Counted from the stretch's first letter, positions 1 through 9,435 are shown. The stretch: 64,000 nucleotides of DNA from a virus (IMGVR_UViG_2795386110_000001:1-64000); one strand, 5' to 3'. Notes: generated from the sequence alone by a model not told the origin. Translations and numbers: made by a program.

Positions 1-306
1 TTACGTGGTGCTGGTGCCCCAGTCGTCCTCGGCGCCGTTGTGGGCGCTGCGGTCGCGCAGGGAGCGGACCCGGCCGGCCACGGACTCGGGCATGCGGTCG
101 CCGACCTTGGTGCTGACCGCGTGGTACGCCTTGCCCGCGTACTGGCGGCCCTGCTGGGCGGCCGTCTCGGCGGTGTTGCGTACGGCGGGGTTCTGCGCGA
201 CCTGCCGCGCGGACTTCTTCAGCTGCTCGTAGCGCTCACGACCGGCGCGCGTGCCCAGCACGTAACCGACGGTGAGCCCGACGAGGAACGTCAGCTTGTA
301 GCGCAT
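1..306 (-). CDS. YtxH-like membrane-anchored host protein
   Basis: MRYKLTFLVGLTVGYVLGTRAGRERYEQLKK N-terminus is typical of conserved actinobacterial YtxH-like proteins; ATG at 306, stop at 1-3. Confidence 0.75.
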   Translation of the reverse strand: MRYKLTFLVGLTVGYVLGTRAGRERYEQLKKSARQVAQNPAVRNTAETAAQQGRQYAGKAYHAVSTKVGDRMPESVAGRVRSLRDRSAHNGAEDDWGTSTT

Positions 307-463
307 GGCGGCCACCCTTCCCTTCGTAGGTTCCTGGTGCGGCGTCGGCGCCGGGGGGAACCGATTGGCGGAGCACCCCCCTGCTTGCGCTAATGTATGT
401 GTCGCAGCGAGCGCCCGCCCCCTGGCGAATACCCAGGTAGGCACGTTCGATGCAACGAGGCAT

Positions 464-536
464 TCCTCCGTAGCTCAATTGGCAGAGCAGCCGGCTGTTA
501 ACCGGCAGGTTACTGGTTCGAGTCCAGTCGGGGGAG
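464..536 (+). tRNA. tRNA-Asn (GTT)
   Basis: Cloverleaf: TCCTCCG/CGGGGGA acceptor stem, GCCGG-CTGTTAA-CCGGC anticodon arm, GGTTCGAGTCC T-arm. Confidence 0.97.
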
Positions 537-541
537 CTCGG

Positions 542-614
542 TCCTCCGTAGCTCAATTGGCAGAGCAGCCGGCTGTTAACCGGCAGGTTACTGGTTCGAG
601 TCCAGTCGGGGGAG
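542..614 (+). tRNA. tRNA-Asn (GTT), second identical copy
   Basis: Exact tandem duplicate of 464-536. Confidence 0.97.
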
Positions 615-625
615 CATCGTGAACG

Positions 626-648
626 AGGACCCCGTAGGGGTCCTTTTT
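626..648 (+). terminator. Intrinsic terminator after the tRNA-Asn pair
   Basis: AGGACCCC-GTA-GGGGTCCT hairpin followed by a T run. Confidence 0.8.
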
Positions 649-792
649 CATGTCGGTGTCACGCCGACGGGAACCGCGCAGGCCGCAGCGCGGTCCCCAT
701 GGTCATGCAGGGCCGACCGGCGAAGCGTGAGATCGTATGAGCGGCTATGCTGCGGCACACGGCGCGTACACATGTACGCGACACGCCGCTAT

Positions 793-869
793 GGGGCGGT
801 AGCTCAGCCGGTTAGAGCAGCGGACTCATAATCCGTCGGCCGTGGGTTCGAGTCCCACCCGCCCCACCA
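793..869 (+). tRNA. tRNA with CAT anticodon (Ile2 or elongator Met), encoded CCA; probable prophage attachment site
   Basis: GGGGCGG/CCGCCCC-A-CCA acceptor stem, CTCATAA anticodon loop, GGTTCGAGTCC T-arm; phage genes start right after it. Confidence 0.93.
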
Positions 870-910
870 CCACCTACGCGTGCAGAACCGTTTGACCAGC
901 GCAAACGACA

Positions 911-938
911 AGGCCCCCGCTTCGGAGGGGGCCTCTTT
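911..938. terminator. Stem-loop terminator downstream of the tRNA
   Basis: AGGCCCCC-GC-TTCG-GA-GGGGGCCT followed by CTTT. Confidence 0.65.
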
Positions 939-1079
939 GCGTTCCTCAAGATCATTAGCTCGGCCGATGCTCGGCCGAAGTGAAATCACTCCACTCCGAC
1001 GGCCGAACACGTTGAAGGGGGCCCCAACGGGCCCCCTTGTGTCGCCTCTTGGGCAGTCGCGGGATGAACGTTCCTGCCG

Positions 1080-1922
1080 CTACGGCGCCTTGCCGGGAAG
1101 GCAGAGTTCGAGGAGCGGCGGGACTCCGATACAGAGGTCGTCGTCGCCGGGCTCGTCGTCGGCGGCGGGCGGTTCGGTGGCCGGCGGCTGGCTCGGTTCC
1201 GGATCGGCCGTCGGCGGCGGAGTGGGGCTCTGCGCGGGCTGTTGAGTCGCGGCCGGGGCGGAGGTGGTCGGCGCGTCCGAGGCGCCGCTTCCCGGGCGCT
1301 CCTGATCGCTGTGTGCTTCCTGGTCACCGTCGTCCCGCTGGCTTGCTCCAGGGTGCTCGTCGCCGGTGGTGCCGGACTGGCCGAGGAGCGCGGTTCCGGC
1401 GCCGAAGCTTGTGGTGCTCTCCCTTTGCGTCGTGCCGTTCTCGTCCTTGTTGTCTTCGCCGGTCGCGCCTGGCTCCGAGGACTGGGTGTCGCTGTCGCCG
1501 AGGTCGGGGGCGGTTGCCACCGGGGCGTGCCCGCCGGAGTCTGGCGTCTCGTCACTGCCGGTGTTCTTGTAGTAGGCGAAGGCGCTGGTGGCGACGAGGA
1601 CGGAACTCGCGGCGACGGTGGCGGCCACCGCCCGGCGTCCGCGTACGAGGTCGCGGAGGCGGGAGCCGAGGGAAGCGAGGAAGGCGGCCACGCCGCCGCC
1701 TATGTAGAGCGCCAGGTGCCGCTTCCGGCGTACCGGCTCGGGCTCGTCGTCGACCGGCAGAGCGAGTGGCAGCGGTTGCTGCGTGATGCGGGCGATCTTC
1801 TCGGCGGCGAGCTCGGCTTCGACCTTTGCCAGGCGATCCGCCTGTCTCTGGCTGTTCTTGTGAAGCAGAACGATCGCCAGGACTGCCGCGCCAAGCACGC
1901 CAGCCAATACCACCTCAGCCAC
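1080..1922 (-). CDS. Membrane protein with Pro/Thr-rich C-terminus (possible lysogeny-expressed or superinfection-exclusion protein)
   Basis: 280-aa ORF with 2-3 hydrophobic segments, downstream of and co-oriented with the repressor. Confidence 0.65.
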   Translation of the reverse strand: MAEVVLAGVLGAAVLAIVLLHKNSQRQADRLAKVEAELAAEKIARITQQPLPLALPVDDEPEPVRRKRHLALYIGGGVAAFLASLGSRLRDLVRGRRAVAATVAASSVLVATSAFAYYKNTGSDETPDSGGHAPVATAPDLGDSDTQSSEPGATGEDNKDENGTTQRESTTSFGAGTALLGQSGTTGDEHPGASQRDDGDQEAHSDQERPGSGASDAPTTSAPAATQQPAQSPTPPPTADPEPSQPPATEPPAADDEPGDDDLCIGVPPLLELCLPGKAP

Positions 1923-2048
1923 GTGCGCCCCCTTATCGAAACGAATGTGTTTCCGTAAGGGGTCATGATCGTCTTGGTGTGCAATCGGTTTCTATGTGCG
2001 CTTCATGTTTGTAACCGTAACGTGATGTGCGGTTACGGTTACTTACAG

Positions 2049-2522
2049 TTATCCCGCCTGGCGATGCCAGGTGTCCCCGGGCGTGTCCGTCGGGGCGGAC
2101 TCGCCAGCTGCCTGGCGTCCGAATCGGCTGAGCACCTGGTCTCGCGCCTCGGGGCTGAGTGTGGCCAGCAGTGCGGTGATCGCCTCGACCTGGGCGTCGC
2201 TCACGGGCGTTCCCGGCGTGCTCGCGGGCGTCGGCGGTGCTGCGAGTTCATCGAGGAGTTCGGCGGCGGTGTTGCGGCCGGCGTGGCGTAGCTGGTCCGA
2301 GGTGAGGCTGACGACTTGCGCCATGCGGACGAGTGTCTCGTCGGGTGCGGTTACCGCGATCCGCACGCCTCCAACGTCCTGATAGCCGTTGACGATTTGC
2401 CGCCATCGGGTCTCGCTTAGTCCTGCCCTTCGCGCCGCTTCGCGCCCTGAGAGGCGGGCTCGGCGAAGAGCCTCCTTGATGAGCACAGCCTCTGTGGGTG
2501 GCTGTGGTGTCTGCGCGTCCAT
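2049..2522 (-). CDS. Prophage immunity repressor (XRE HTH)
   Basis: LSGREAARRAGLSETRWRQIVNG HTH; divergent from a Cro-like gene. Confidence 0.85.
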   Translation of the reverse strand: MDAQTPQPPTEAVLIKEALRRARLSGREAARRAGLSETRWRQIVNGYQDVGGVRIAVTAPDETLVRMAQVVSLTSDQLRHAGRNTAAELLDELAAPPTPASTPGTPVSDAQVEAITALLATLSPEARDQVLSRFGRQAAGESAPTDTPGDTWHRQAG

Positions 2523-2529
2523 ACAGCGA

Positions 2530-2673
2530 AGGTTCGCATAACTACGCAGTACTGCGCTACGCGACGGCAAGAACCGGCGAAATACGGTGCGCAGTTGTGT
2601 GACTGACGTCACATACTGCGCAAACTGCGCGCGAAATGTTCGCACTACGCGTCACTACGCATAGACTGTGCGT
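2530..2673. promoter_or_regulatory. Divergent immunity promoters and operators
   Basis: At least 7 copies of ACT(A/G)CGC in both orientations; TAGACT -10 box at 2662-2667 six bases before ATG 2674 (leaderless arrangement). Confidence 0.7.
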
Positions 2674-2967
2674 ATGAACAACACCCGCATGCGACGCCGC
2701 AAGGGCGCGCCCTTTCACCATTCGCCAGAGGCGGTGACGCACGCACGCGAGAACGCCGGACTGACACAGAAAGCCTTGGCTGAGCAGTGCGGATTCAGCT
2801 TCCAGCTGATGTGTGACATCGAGGCCGGCCGCCGCAACGCGAACCCCGAGCGACTGCGCGCAATGGCGCGCGTCATCGGCTGCTCGGTCGCAGATCTGCA
2901 ACCGGCGAAGGGCGTGGCGCAGCTCGACGACGAGCCGCCCACGGCCACGGAGCGGAAGGCGTCGTGA
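2674..2967 (+). CDS. Cro-like XRE HTH regulator
   Basis: ARENAGLTQKALAEQCGFSFQLMCDIEAGRR. Confidence 0.85.
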   Translation: MNNTRMRRRKGAPFHHSPEAVTHARENAGLTQKALAEQCGFSFQLMCDIEAGRRNANPERLRAMARVIGCSVADLQPAKGVAQLDDEPPTATERKAS

Positions 2968-4091
2968 AGACCCCCGCATACGACGAGACCGCCGAGCCCT
3001 GCACGGCTCGACGGCCTCAATCCCCCGAACGAACCCACGTAGGAGAAGGAACGTTGCCACACAGTATCGCCCTGGTCCCGGAGGCTCCGACCGCTCGGTT
3101 GCTGCTTCCGGCCGACGCCACAGAGGAACAGTGGCACGAGGCTCGGCGCAACGGCATCGGCGGGTCCGACGTCGCCGCGATCCTCGGCCTCGACAAGTAC
3201 CGCGGGCCGCGCCACGTGTTCGAGGCCAAGCACGGCCGCGACCACTTCGACGGCGACACCGAGGCGGCCGACATCGGCCGCGACATCGAGGACTTCATCG
3301 CGTACCTGTTCGGTAAGCGAACGGGCATCGAGATCGGCAAGCCGTCCGGCACCCTCGTGCACGTCGAGCACGACTGGATGAGGGCGAACGTCGACCGGTA
3401 CGCCCTCGACGACGGCGGCCTGGGCGTCGCCCCGATCGAGCTGAAGAACCGTTCCGCCTACCAGCTCGACGACTGGGAGGACGGCGTCCCCGACGGGCCC
3501 GCCCTGCAAGCGCACTGGTACATGGCGGTCGGCGGCTGGAAGTACGCGTGGGTCACGGCCCTCGTCGGCGGCAACCGGCTGAAGTACCACCGCATCGAGC
3601 GCGATGAAGAGCTGATCGAGACCCTCGTCGACACCTGCGGGCGCTGGTTCCAGCGGCACGTGGTCGAGGGCTTCCCCCCGCCCGCCGATGGGCTGGAGGC
3701 GACGAAGGAACTCCTCGGCCGCCTGTGGGACGTCAAGGCCAAAGACGTCGCCGAAGTGTCCCTGGACAAGGCGCGGAAGCTGCGGAAGCGGCGGACAGCC
3801 CTGGGCGAGCAGATCAAGGCGCTCGACCACCAGCTCACCGAGGTCGAGAACGAGATGCGTCTCGTCTGCGGCGAGTCCGGCATCGCGGAGGCCAACGGCA
3901 AGAAGGCCTGGTCGTACGTCCCCAACGGGACGTTCTCGGCGAAGCGGTTCGAGAACGACTACCCGATCATCGCTGCCGAGTGCCGGACGACGGTCGAGGT
4001 CCTCGACATGGACCTGATCAAGGAGAAGTACCCCACCGAGTACGGCAAATGCCGAGCCCGCGTGCTCCGCGTGCCCGCGAAGGAGCTGTGA
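2964..4091 (+). CDS. YqaJ-like viral recombination exonuclease
   Basis: WHEARRNGIGGSDVAAILG, ANVDR, IELKN and QAHWYM motifs. Confidence 0.93.
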   Translation: MKTPAYDETAEPCTARRPQSPERTHVGEGTLPHSIALVPEAPTARLLLPADATEEQWHEARRNGIGGSDVAAILGLDKYRGPRHVFEAKHGRDHFDGDTEAADIGRDIEDFIAYLFGKRTGIEIGKPSGTLVHVEHDWMRANVDRYALDDGGLGVAPIELKNRSAYQLDDWEDGVPDGPALQAHWYMAVGGWKYAWVTALVGGNRLKYHRIERDEELIETLVDTCGRWFQRHVVEGFPPPADGLEATKELLGRLWDVKAKDVAEVSLDKARKLRKRRTALGEQIKALDHQLTEVENEMRLVCGESGIAEANGKKAWSYVPNGTFSAKRFENDYPIIAAECRTTVEVLDMDLIKEKYPTEYGKCRARVLRVPAKEL

Positions 4092-4094
4092 CCC

Positions 4095-5048
4095 ATGGCC
4101 CTGACCACCTTGAAGGAACGCGTACAGGCGCGGGCGGCGACCGTCGCGAACACCGAGGACATCCGGCACGACCGTGGTGAGGACGCCGAGGAGACCCCGG
4201 CCGGGCACGGCCACGACATCGAGCAGTTCCGGGCCGACATCGAGGCCGCGTTGCCGAAGCACGTCAGCGTCGACCTGTTCCTCGTGGCGCTCCGCCCGGT
4301 CCTGCCGAAGCTGCGGAACTGCACCCCGGCGAGCGTCCTGCAGAGCGTCATCACCTGCGCCAGGTTCGGGCTGATCCCGGACGGCCAGCAAGCGGTCATC
4401 ACCGCCGACGACCGGATCGCCACCTTCCTCGCCACCTACCACGGCTACCTGGAACTCATGTACAGGTCAGGCCTGGTGAAGTCCGTAGTGGCCGGCCTGG
4501 TCTACGACGGCGACGACTGGGACTACGTGCCCACGGCCCGGGTCGGCGAGGACTTCGTGCACAAGCCGAACCTGCTGGCGTCGAAGAAGGACCGCGGGGA
4601 GCCGCTGTTCGCGTACGCGTTCGCGTGGCTGGAGGGCGGCGCCCGGTCAGCGGTCGCGGTCGTCACCGCCGAGGAAGCACAGGAGATCCGCGACGAGTTC
4701 AGCCGCGCCTACCAGCGGGCGGAGGCGAACGGCAAGAAGGACTCTCTGTGGCACACCCGGTTCCCGGACATGCACCTGAAGTCGGCGATCCGGCGCATGG
4801 CGAAGCTGGTCCCAAAGTCGGCTGAGCTGCGCGCCCTGGTCGCGGTCGAGCAGGCCGCCGAGGACGGAGTGCCGCAGATCCTCGCGGCGATCGACCCGGA
4901 CACGGCCGCGCTGGAGGCGGAGGCAAGGCAGGCCGCAAGGACGGCCGAGGCGTCGCAGGACGTCCCGGAGCCCCGCCTGGCCGTGAAGAAGGGGCGCGGC
5001 CGGACGCGGCCGAGGCGCCGCAACCGCGACAGGAACAAGAGGCGGTAG
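4095..5048 (+). CDS. recT: RecT-family single-strand annealing protein
   Basis: CTPASVLQSVITCARFGLIPDG, YHGYLELMYRSG and MHLKSAIRRMAKLVPKS; adjacent to YqaJ. Confidence 0.9.
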   Translation: MALTTLKERVQARAATVANTEDIRHDRGEDAEETPAGHGHDIEQFRADIEAALPKHVSVDLFLVALRPVLPKLRNCTPASVLQSVITCARFGLIPDGQQAVITADDRIATFLATYHGYLELMYRSGLVKSVVAGLVYDGDDWDYVPTARVGEDFVHKPNLLASKKDRGEPLFAYAFAWLEGGARSAVAVVTAEEAQEIRDEFSRAYQRAEANGKKDSLWHTRFPDMHLKSAIRRMAKLVPKSAELRALVAVEQAAEDGVPQILAAIDPDTAALEAEARQAARTAEASQDVPEPRLAVKKGRGRTRPRRRNRDRNKRR

Positions 5049-5273
5049 CCGTGCCAGCCGCCTGTTGAGCCGGGCCCGCGCACTGTTCGCGGGCCCGGCC
5101 CCCGCCCCGGCCCCCTCCGTACTGGCGCTGCCCGCCCTGTGGGCGGAAGGCCACGCCGACATAGCCGACTTCGCTGACTGCCCGCGCGAGAAGCGCCGGA
5201 CCCCGCACGCGATGCGCGCGGACGGCTCCCGGAAGTGCTTCCGCTGCGGACACGAGACCCCAGGACAGGACTC

Positions 5274-5996
5274 ATGACCATCACCTTCGACGAGCCGTTC
5301 GGGCCCGAGTATCTGCGCCCGGCCCAGGCTCCTTGCCCCAACTGCCCGTGCTGTTCGGCCCGTTTGTGTGAGAAGGGCCGAAGCAGCGTGATGCAGTGCC
5401 ACGGCCACGTGGGCGACCCCGCGTTGGTGGCCACCGTCGGGGCGTGCCCATGCTCGGCGGAGACGACTCGCGGCACGCACGCCTGGCGCGTCGCGCAGAC
5501 CCGCGTGGTGAAGCACGCGACCGAGCAGCCACTGCCGAAGGCGGCGGAGCACGTGCTGCGGGCCCTGGCCGGCGGCGAATCGTTCGAGGACCCCACCGAG
5601 GAACTGCGCGGGTTGCGTGCCCGCCGGTACGCGGACGGCAACGAGGGCGCGTGGCGGATCACCCAGCTGGGCCGCCGCTACCTGCTGGCACTCGAAGAGC
5701 CTCGCTACACCAGCGCGGTCCACGTGAACTCGGTCGACGTGAAGACACGGACGGCGCAGGTCGTTGTCCTCGGCTGGCACATGGAACGAGAGGTCACCGT
5801 CCTCGCTGACCTCCTCGCGCAGGCCGTGGGCCTGGAGCTGACCGGCCTGACCGGCCGCTACCTGGACGTGAAGGCGAACCTCGGCGTCACCGACCCCGAC
5901 GACCTGGTCCTCACGCGGATCCAGCTGCCCGAGCAAATCACCGAGGACTACGTCGCGGTGCGCCCGCTGCGCATCGCGAAGGGCGGTGCCCGGTGA
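5274..5996 (+). CDS. Hypothetical phage protein with N-terminal Cys cluster
   Basis: AGGA RBS before ATG; CPNCPCC...CPC; high-GC3 codon usage. Confidence 0.7.
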   Translation: MTITFDEPFGPEYLRPAQAPCPNCPCCSARLCEKGRSSVMQCHGHVGDPALVATVGACPCSAETTRGTHAWRVAQTRVVKHATEQPLPKAAEHVLRALAGGESFEDPTEELRGLRARRYADGNEGAWRITQLGRRYLLALEEPRYTSAVHVNSVDVKTRTAQVVVLGWHMEREVTVLADLLAQAVGLELTGLTGRYLDVKANLGVTDPDDLVLTRIQLPEQITEDYVAVRPLRIAKGGAR

Positions 5997-6328
5997 CGCA
6001 CACGTGGCTTCCGACGGTCGTGTCGGTCCTCGCCGTCGAGGAAGGCGGTCGTCTCGACTGCTGCGACGAGGACACCGCGCACGTGTGGGTGACGGTCCTC
6101 GGCTGGTCCCCGCGGCGGGCATTCCTGACCGGCGCGGCCCCGTTCGTCGCCGCGTCCGGGAAGGAGGCCGCTGACCTCGCCGGCGAGCACTTCACCGCGC
6201 GGCTCGACCTCGACGACCCGCCCGGCAACGAGGACACGAACGGCGAGCGGCTGGAGTGGCCTGACCTCGAGCTGGCCCCGCCCATTCCCGCCGAGTGGCT
6301 CGACGGCGGACAGGGAGGGGACCAGTGA
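5993..6328 (+). CDS. Hypothetical phage protein
   Basis: GTGA translational coupling at both ends. Confidence 0.65.
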   Translation: MTHTWLPTVVSVLAVEEGGRLDCCDEDTAHVWVTVLGWSPRRAFLTGAAPFVAASGKEAADLAGEHFTARLDLDDPPGNEDTNGERLEWPDLELAPPIPAEWLDGGQGGDQ

Positions 6329-6876
6329 GCGCGCGCACTGACGAGCAGCGGAAGTTCACCGTGGTCGGCCTCGACCTGTCCCTGACCGGATCGGGCATCG
6401 CCTACCGCGACGGGTCGACCAGCACGGTGAAGACGAAGCAGAAGGACGGCGACTACCGGCTGACGCAGATCGAAGAAGCCGTGCAGATCGCCGTCGGCGG
6501 CGAGCATCTCGGCCTTGGCCCTGCGGTCGACCTGGTGGTGATGGAGGACATCCCGCAGAACAGCCACGCGGCGAAGCCGATCGCCATGGTCCACGGCGTG
6601 GTTCGGAACCTGCTGAACAAGCAGGGCGTCCCGTACGCCCTCGTCGTGGCCGCGTCGCTGAAGTACTACGCGACCGGCAAGGGCTCGGGCGACAAGGTCC
6701 CGATGGCTCTCGCCGCGTACAAGCGGGCCGGTCGCGAGTTCGAGGACGACAACCAGTGCGATGCCGCCTGGCTGCGCTGGGCCGGTCTCGACTGGCTCGG
6801 CTGCCCTGAGTTCTCCATGCCCGCCGCACAGCGGGAGGCCCTCAAGAAGGCCCAGTGGCCGGAGGTGAAGCGATGA
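6325..6876 (+). CDS. RuvC-like Holliday junction resolvase
   Basis: VVGLDLSLTGSG, VVMED, LKYYATGKG and DNQCDA acidic motifs. Confidence 0.85.
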   Translation: MSARTDEQRKFTVVGLDLSLTGSGIAYRDGSTSTVKTKQKDGDYRLTQIEEAVQIAVGGEHLGLGPAVDLVVMEDIPQNSHAAKPIAMVHGVVRNLLNKQGVPYALVVAASLKYYATGKGSGDKVPMALAAYKRAGREFEDDNQCDAAWLRWAGLDWLGCPEFSMPAAQREALKKAQWPEVKR

Positions 6877-7316
6877 CCACGACTGTCGACGTCAGCGACG
6901 AGCAGATACTCCGCGCGCTGCTCGCCGGAGACGACGTCTCGAACACGGCGGTCGCGGCCCAGTTGGGCTGCGGCTGGAGGCGGGTCGACGAGGTCCGCAA
7001 GCGGGTCGGGCTGCCCGCGTACGTGCGCGGCCGGCGCGCGAACTACAGCTCGTGGGAGGAGGCGTTCAACGAGCAGTCCGAGCCCGTTGAGGGCGGCCAC
7101 CGGCGGTGGACCGGCACGCGGGAGAAGTGCGGGACGCCCGTAGTCCGGCACCGGACGAGCATCCAGACCGCGTACCGGGTGGCGTTCCGGCTGCACCACG
7201 GGCGTGAGCCGGAAGGGAACCTGACCCGGCCTTGCAAGATCCCGGGCTGCGTCGCCGGTGAGCACCAGCAGGACCGGGCCATGCGCGAGGCGCACAAGGC
7301 CGGTGAGGCGGCGTGA
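6873..7316 (+). CDS. HTH plus degenerate HNH-like phage protein
   Basis: N-terminal HTH (NTAVAAQLGCGWRRV); C-terminal AYRVAFRLHHGREP...CKIPGCVAGEH. Confidence 0.65.
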   Translation: MTTTVDVSDEQILRALLAGDDVSNTAVAAQLGCGWRRVDEVRKRVGLPAYVRGRRANYSSWEEAFNEQSEPVEGGHRRWTGTREKCGTPVVRHRTSIQTAYRVAFRLHHGREPEGNLTRPCKIPGCVAGEHQQDRAMREAHKAGEAA

Positions 7317-7525
7317 ACGGCCTGACCGAGTTCGCCACTTGGGACCGGGGCGTCGACGTGGTCGCCGTTCAGCGAGTCCTCAAGGGGACGTTGCCGCACA
7401 CGGCACTGGAGCCGGAAGAGCTGCGGTACGCGGCGAAGCACTCGACGGAGTCGGCGCGCAGCGTCGCGAAGCTGCTCGGCGTCACGGAGAAGACCGTCAT
7501 GAACTGGCGGGGGGTTGAGGGATGA
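7313..7525 (+). CDS. Small HTH protein
   Basis: SARSVAKLLGVTEKTVMNWR. Confidence 0.75.
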   Translation: MNGLTEFATWDRGVDVVAVQRVLKGTLPHTALEPEELRYAAKHSTESARSVAKLLGVTEKTVMNWRGVEG

Positions 7526-7821
7526 GCACGGTTCTCTCAGTCCTGGTGTGGTTCGCCGAGCTCGTTCAGCGGCTGTCCTCGGTGGGCTGGTGGCTCGTGC
7601 CGATCCTCGCCCCGGGCATGTCGCTGGGGATGTGGCTGTGGCTGCGGCCGACGGGGAAGCACCGTCGCCCGAGTCCCCCCAGGTACGCCCGGCCCACGCC
7701 GCCCCCGCCGCATGCGGCGGACCTCGAGGAAGCAGCCGACCCGGAGGACACCATCGCCTTCCGGGCAGTCACCATCGCCGGCGCGGCCACTGCGTCCGGC
7801 GGCGGGGAGGCCGACCGCTGA
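7522..7821 (+). CDS. Small membrane protein
   Basis: Hydrophobic N-terminus followed by a GKHRRP motif; ATGA coupling. Confidence 0.6.
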   Translation: MSTVLSVLVWFAELVQRLSSVGWWLVPILAPGMSLGMWLWLRPTGKHRRPSPPRYARPTPPPPHAADLEEAADPEDTIAFRAVTIAGAATASGGGEADR

Positions 7822-8171
7822 TGCCTCGTCCAAGCCGCTACGCGCCCGACACCCTCTCGCGTACTCCGCACTGGTCCGACCGGGCCGCCTGTCGAGAGTT
7901 GGACGACTGCTCGATCTTCTTCCCCGAGGACTTCCCCAAGGGGCTGGTGCTGCTCGTCACCAGGGAAGCGAAGGCGGTCTGTGTCCGGTGCCCGGTGATC
8001 GAGGCGTGCCTTGAAGCGGCTCTCGAACGGCCGGAGCCGAACGGCGTCTGGGGCGGCTTGGACAAGGACGAGCGGCAGACGTTCCGGCGGCGGCAGCAGA
8101 GGCGCCGCCGCCGGAACTGCAGGAGACCGGGGGGTGGCGATGTCGCGGAAGCGGCGGCCGGGACCGGCTGA
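7821..8171 (+). CDS. whiB: WhiB-family transcriptional regulator
   Basis: WSDRAAC...FFP...AKAVCVRCPVIEACL...GVWGGL. Confidence 0.93.
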   Translation: MPRPSRYAPDTLSRTPHWSDRAACRELDDCSIFFPEDFPKGLVLLVTREAKAVCVRCPVIEACLEAALERPEPNGVWGGLDKDERQTFRRRQQRRRRRNCRRPGGGDVAEAAAGTG

Positions 8172-8424
8172 CTTCCTCCCGGCGAGCGGGGTCCTGGACT
8201 GGTCCGACGCGAGACGGCACTGGGCTCAGCGGCCCAGGCCGTGCCGGTTCTGCAAGGGGCCGACCTGCCTCCGCGACGAGGAGGGCCGGCCTTCCCACAA
8301 GACCTGTGCGGAGACGCACCGGGCCCGCAAGCAGGCGCATGCCGTGCAGGTGTACGCGGAGCGGGCCCGACTCGGAGACCAGCGCGAATTGGAAGCGCAC
8401 AGCACAACAGGAGCGGATGGGTGA
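8140..8424 (+). CDS. Hypothetical Zn-finger phage protein
   Basis: PCRFCKGPT...HKTCAE. Confidence 0.6.
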   Translation: MSRKRRPGPADFLPASGVLDWSDARRHWAQRPRPCRFCKGPTCLRDEEGRPSHKTCAETHRARKQAHAVQVYAERARLGDQRELEAHSTTGADG

Positions 8425-8555
8425 AGAAGTTCCGCAAGTTCATGGCCGGCCTGTCGTTCGGCGTCGTCGTCTGGGCCGGGACCGCGTTCATACCGGTCAT
8501 CGGCCCGTGGTCGCCCGTGCTTGGCCTGGCCGTCGCCCTCGTCCTCTGGGCCTGA
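8421..8555 (+). CDS. Small two-helix membrane protein
   Basis: GTGA coupling; VKKFRKFMAGLSFGVVVWAG...LAVALVLWA. Confidence 0.5.
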   Translation: MKKFRKFMAGLSFGVVVWAGTAFIPVIGPWSPVLGLAVALVLWA

Positions 8556-8623
8556 CTCCCTCCCCGGCGCGGCCCCAACTGGGCAGCGCCGCCCCACATC
8601 CACCAGTGCAGAAAGGTGCGTCC

Positions 8624-9091
8624 GTGTCCGTGGACGTCGCTGCCCTCTACGAGGAGGGCCTGAGCATCCGCGCCGTTGCCGCCCGCACCGGCCGGTCGTT
8701 CGAGTACACCCGGCTTCGGCTCATCGCGGCCGGCGTCGAGCTGCGCCACCAGGTCGCGCCGACCGAGCCCGCCCCGGTCGCCCAGGAGTTCGCGCGACTG
8801 TACGACGACGGGCTGGGCCTGAACGCGGTCGCGGAGGTGACCGGCCACTCGTACCGGTACGTTCGCCACCAGCTCCTCCTGGCCGGGGTGAAGCTCCGCC
8901 CGAGCGGCGGTCAGCCCGTCGAGGTTGATCAGGTCGCCGAGCACCTTGCAGGCCTGTACCGGCGTGGCCTGAGCCTGCGCGCCATCCAGGCCCGGACCGG
9001 GCACGGGCTCGGGTTCATACGGACGCGTCTCCTCGCCGTCGGCGTCGAGCTGCGCGACCAGCACGGGCGGCCCCGCAAGGCGGTGGCCTGA
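8624..9091 (+). CDS. Protein with three tandem HTH repeats
   Basis: Three copies of LY..GL(S/G)....A.TG.....R..L...GV.LR. Confidence 0.8.
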   Translation: MSVDVAALYEEGLSIRAVAARTGRSFEYTRLRLIAAGVELRHQVAPTEPAPVAQEFARLYDDGLGLNAVAEVTGHSYRYVRHQLLLAGVKLRPSGGQPVEVDQVAEHLAGLYRRGLSLRAIQARTGHGLGFIRTRLLAVGVELRDQHGRPRKAVA

Positions 9092-9435
9092 TGCCCAGCC
9101 CCTCGTACTGCGGGGTCTGCGGCGCCGCAATCCGGTGGACCCTCACCGAGGGCAGGAAACGGCTCGCAGTCGACGCCGCGCCGCACCCGGACGGCAACAC
9201 GGCCGTCTCCCGGGACGGGCGGGGCACATGGCTCTCGCGCCGGCCAACGGAGGAACTGCCCGCCGCCCCCTACGAGAAGCTGCACAAGCCCCACGTGGCC
9301 ACATGCGAGGGGCAGCAGAGCGACGAACCGATGACACGCTGCCTCGGCATCATCCGTCTCGACGAACGCCGCCGCGACCGAGATGAGCGCGGCGACACGG
9401 CCTCCACCCCTCGGAACCTCGGCGGTGGCCGGTGA
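9091..9435 (+). CDS. Hypothetical phage Zn-binding protein
   Basis: CGVCGAAIRWTLTE...VDAAPHPDGN...HVATC. Confidence 0.75.
   Translation: MPSPSYCGVCGAAIRWTLTEGRKRLAVDAAPHPDGNTAVSRDGRGTWLSRRPTEELPAAPYEKLHKPHVATCEGQQSDEPMTRCLGIIRLDERRRDRDERGDTASTPRNLGGGR

Noticed and set aside
464-614. Tandem tRNA-Asn duplication as att scar or assembly artefact
   Set aside because: Both copies are complete and share one terminator; tandem tRNA genes are ordinary host features.
2715-4442. Long antisense ORFs (also 11723-13825, 33067-34701, 48098-50344, 50435-52804 and others)
   Set aside because: Shadow frames of high-GC genes; the opposite strand carries recognisable motifs and translational coupling.
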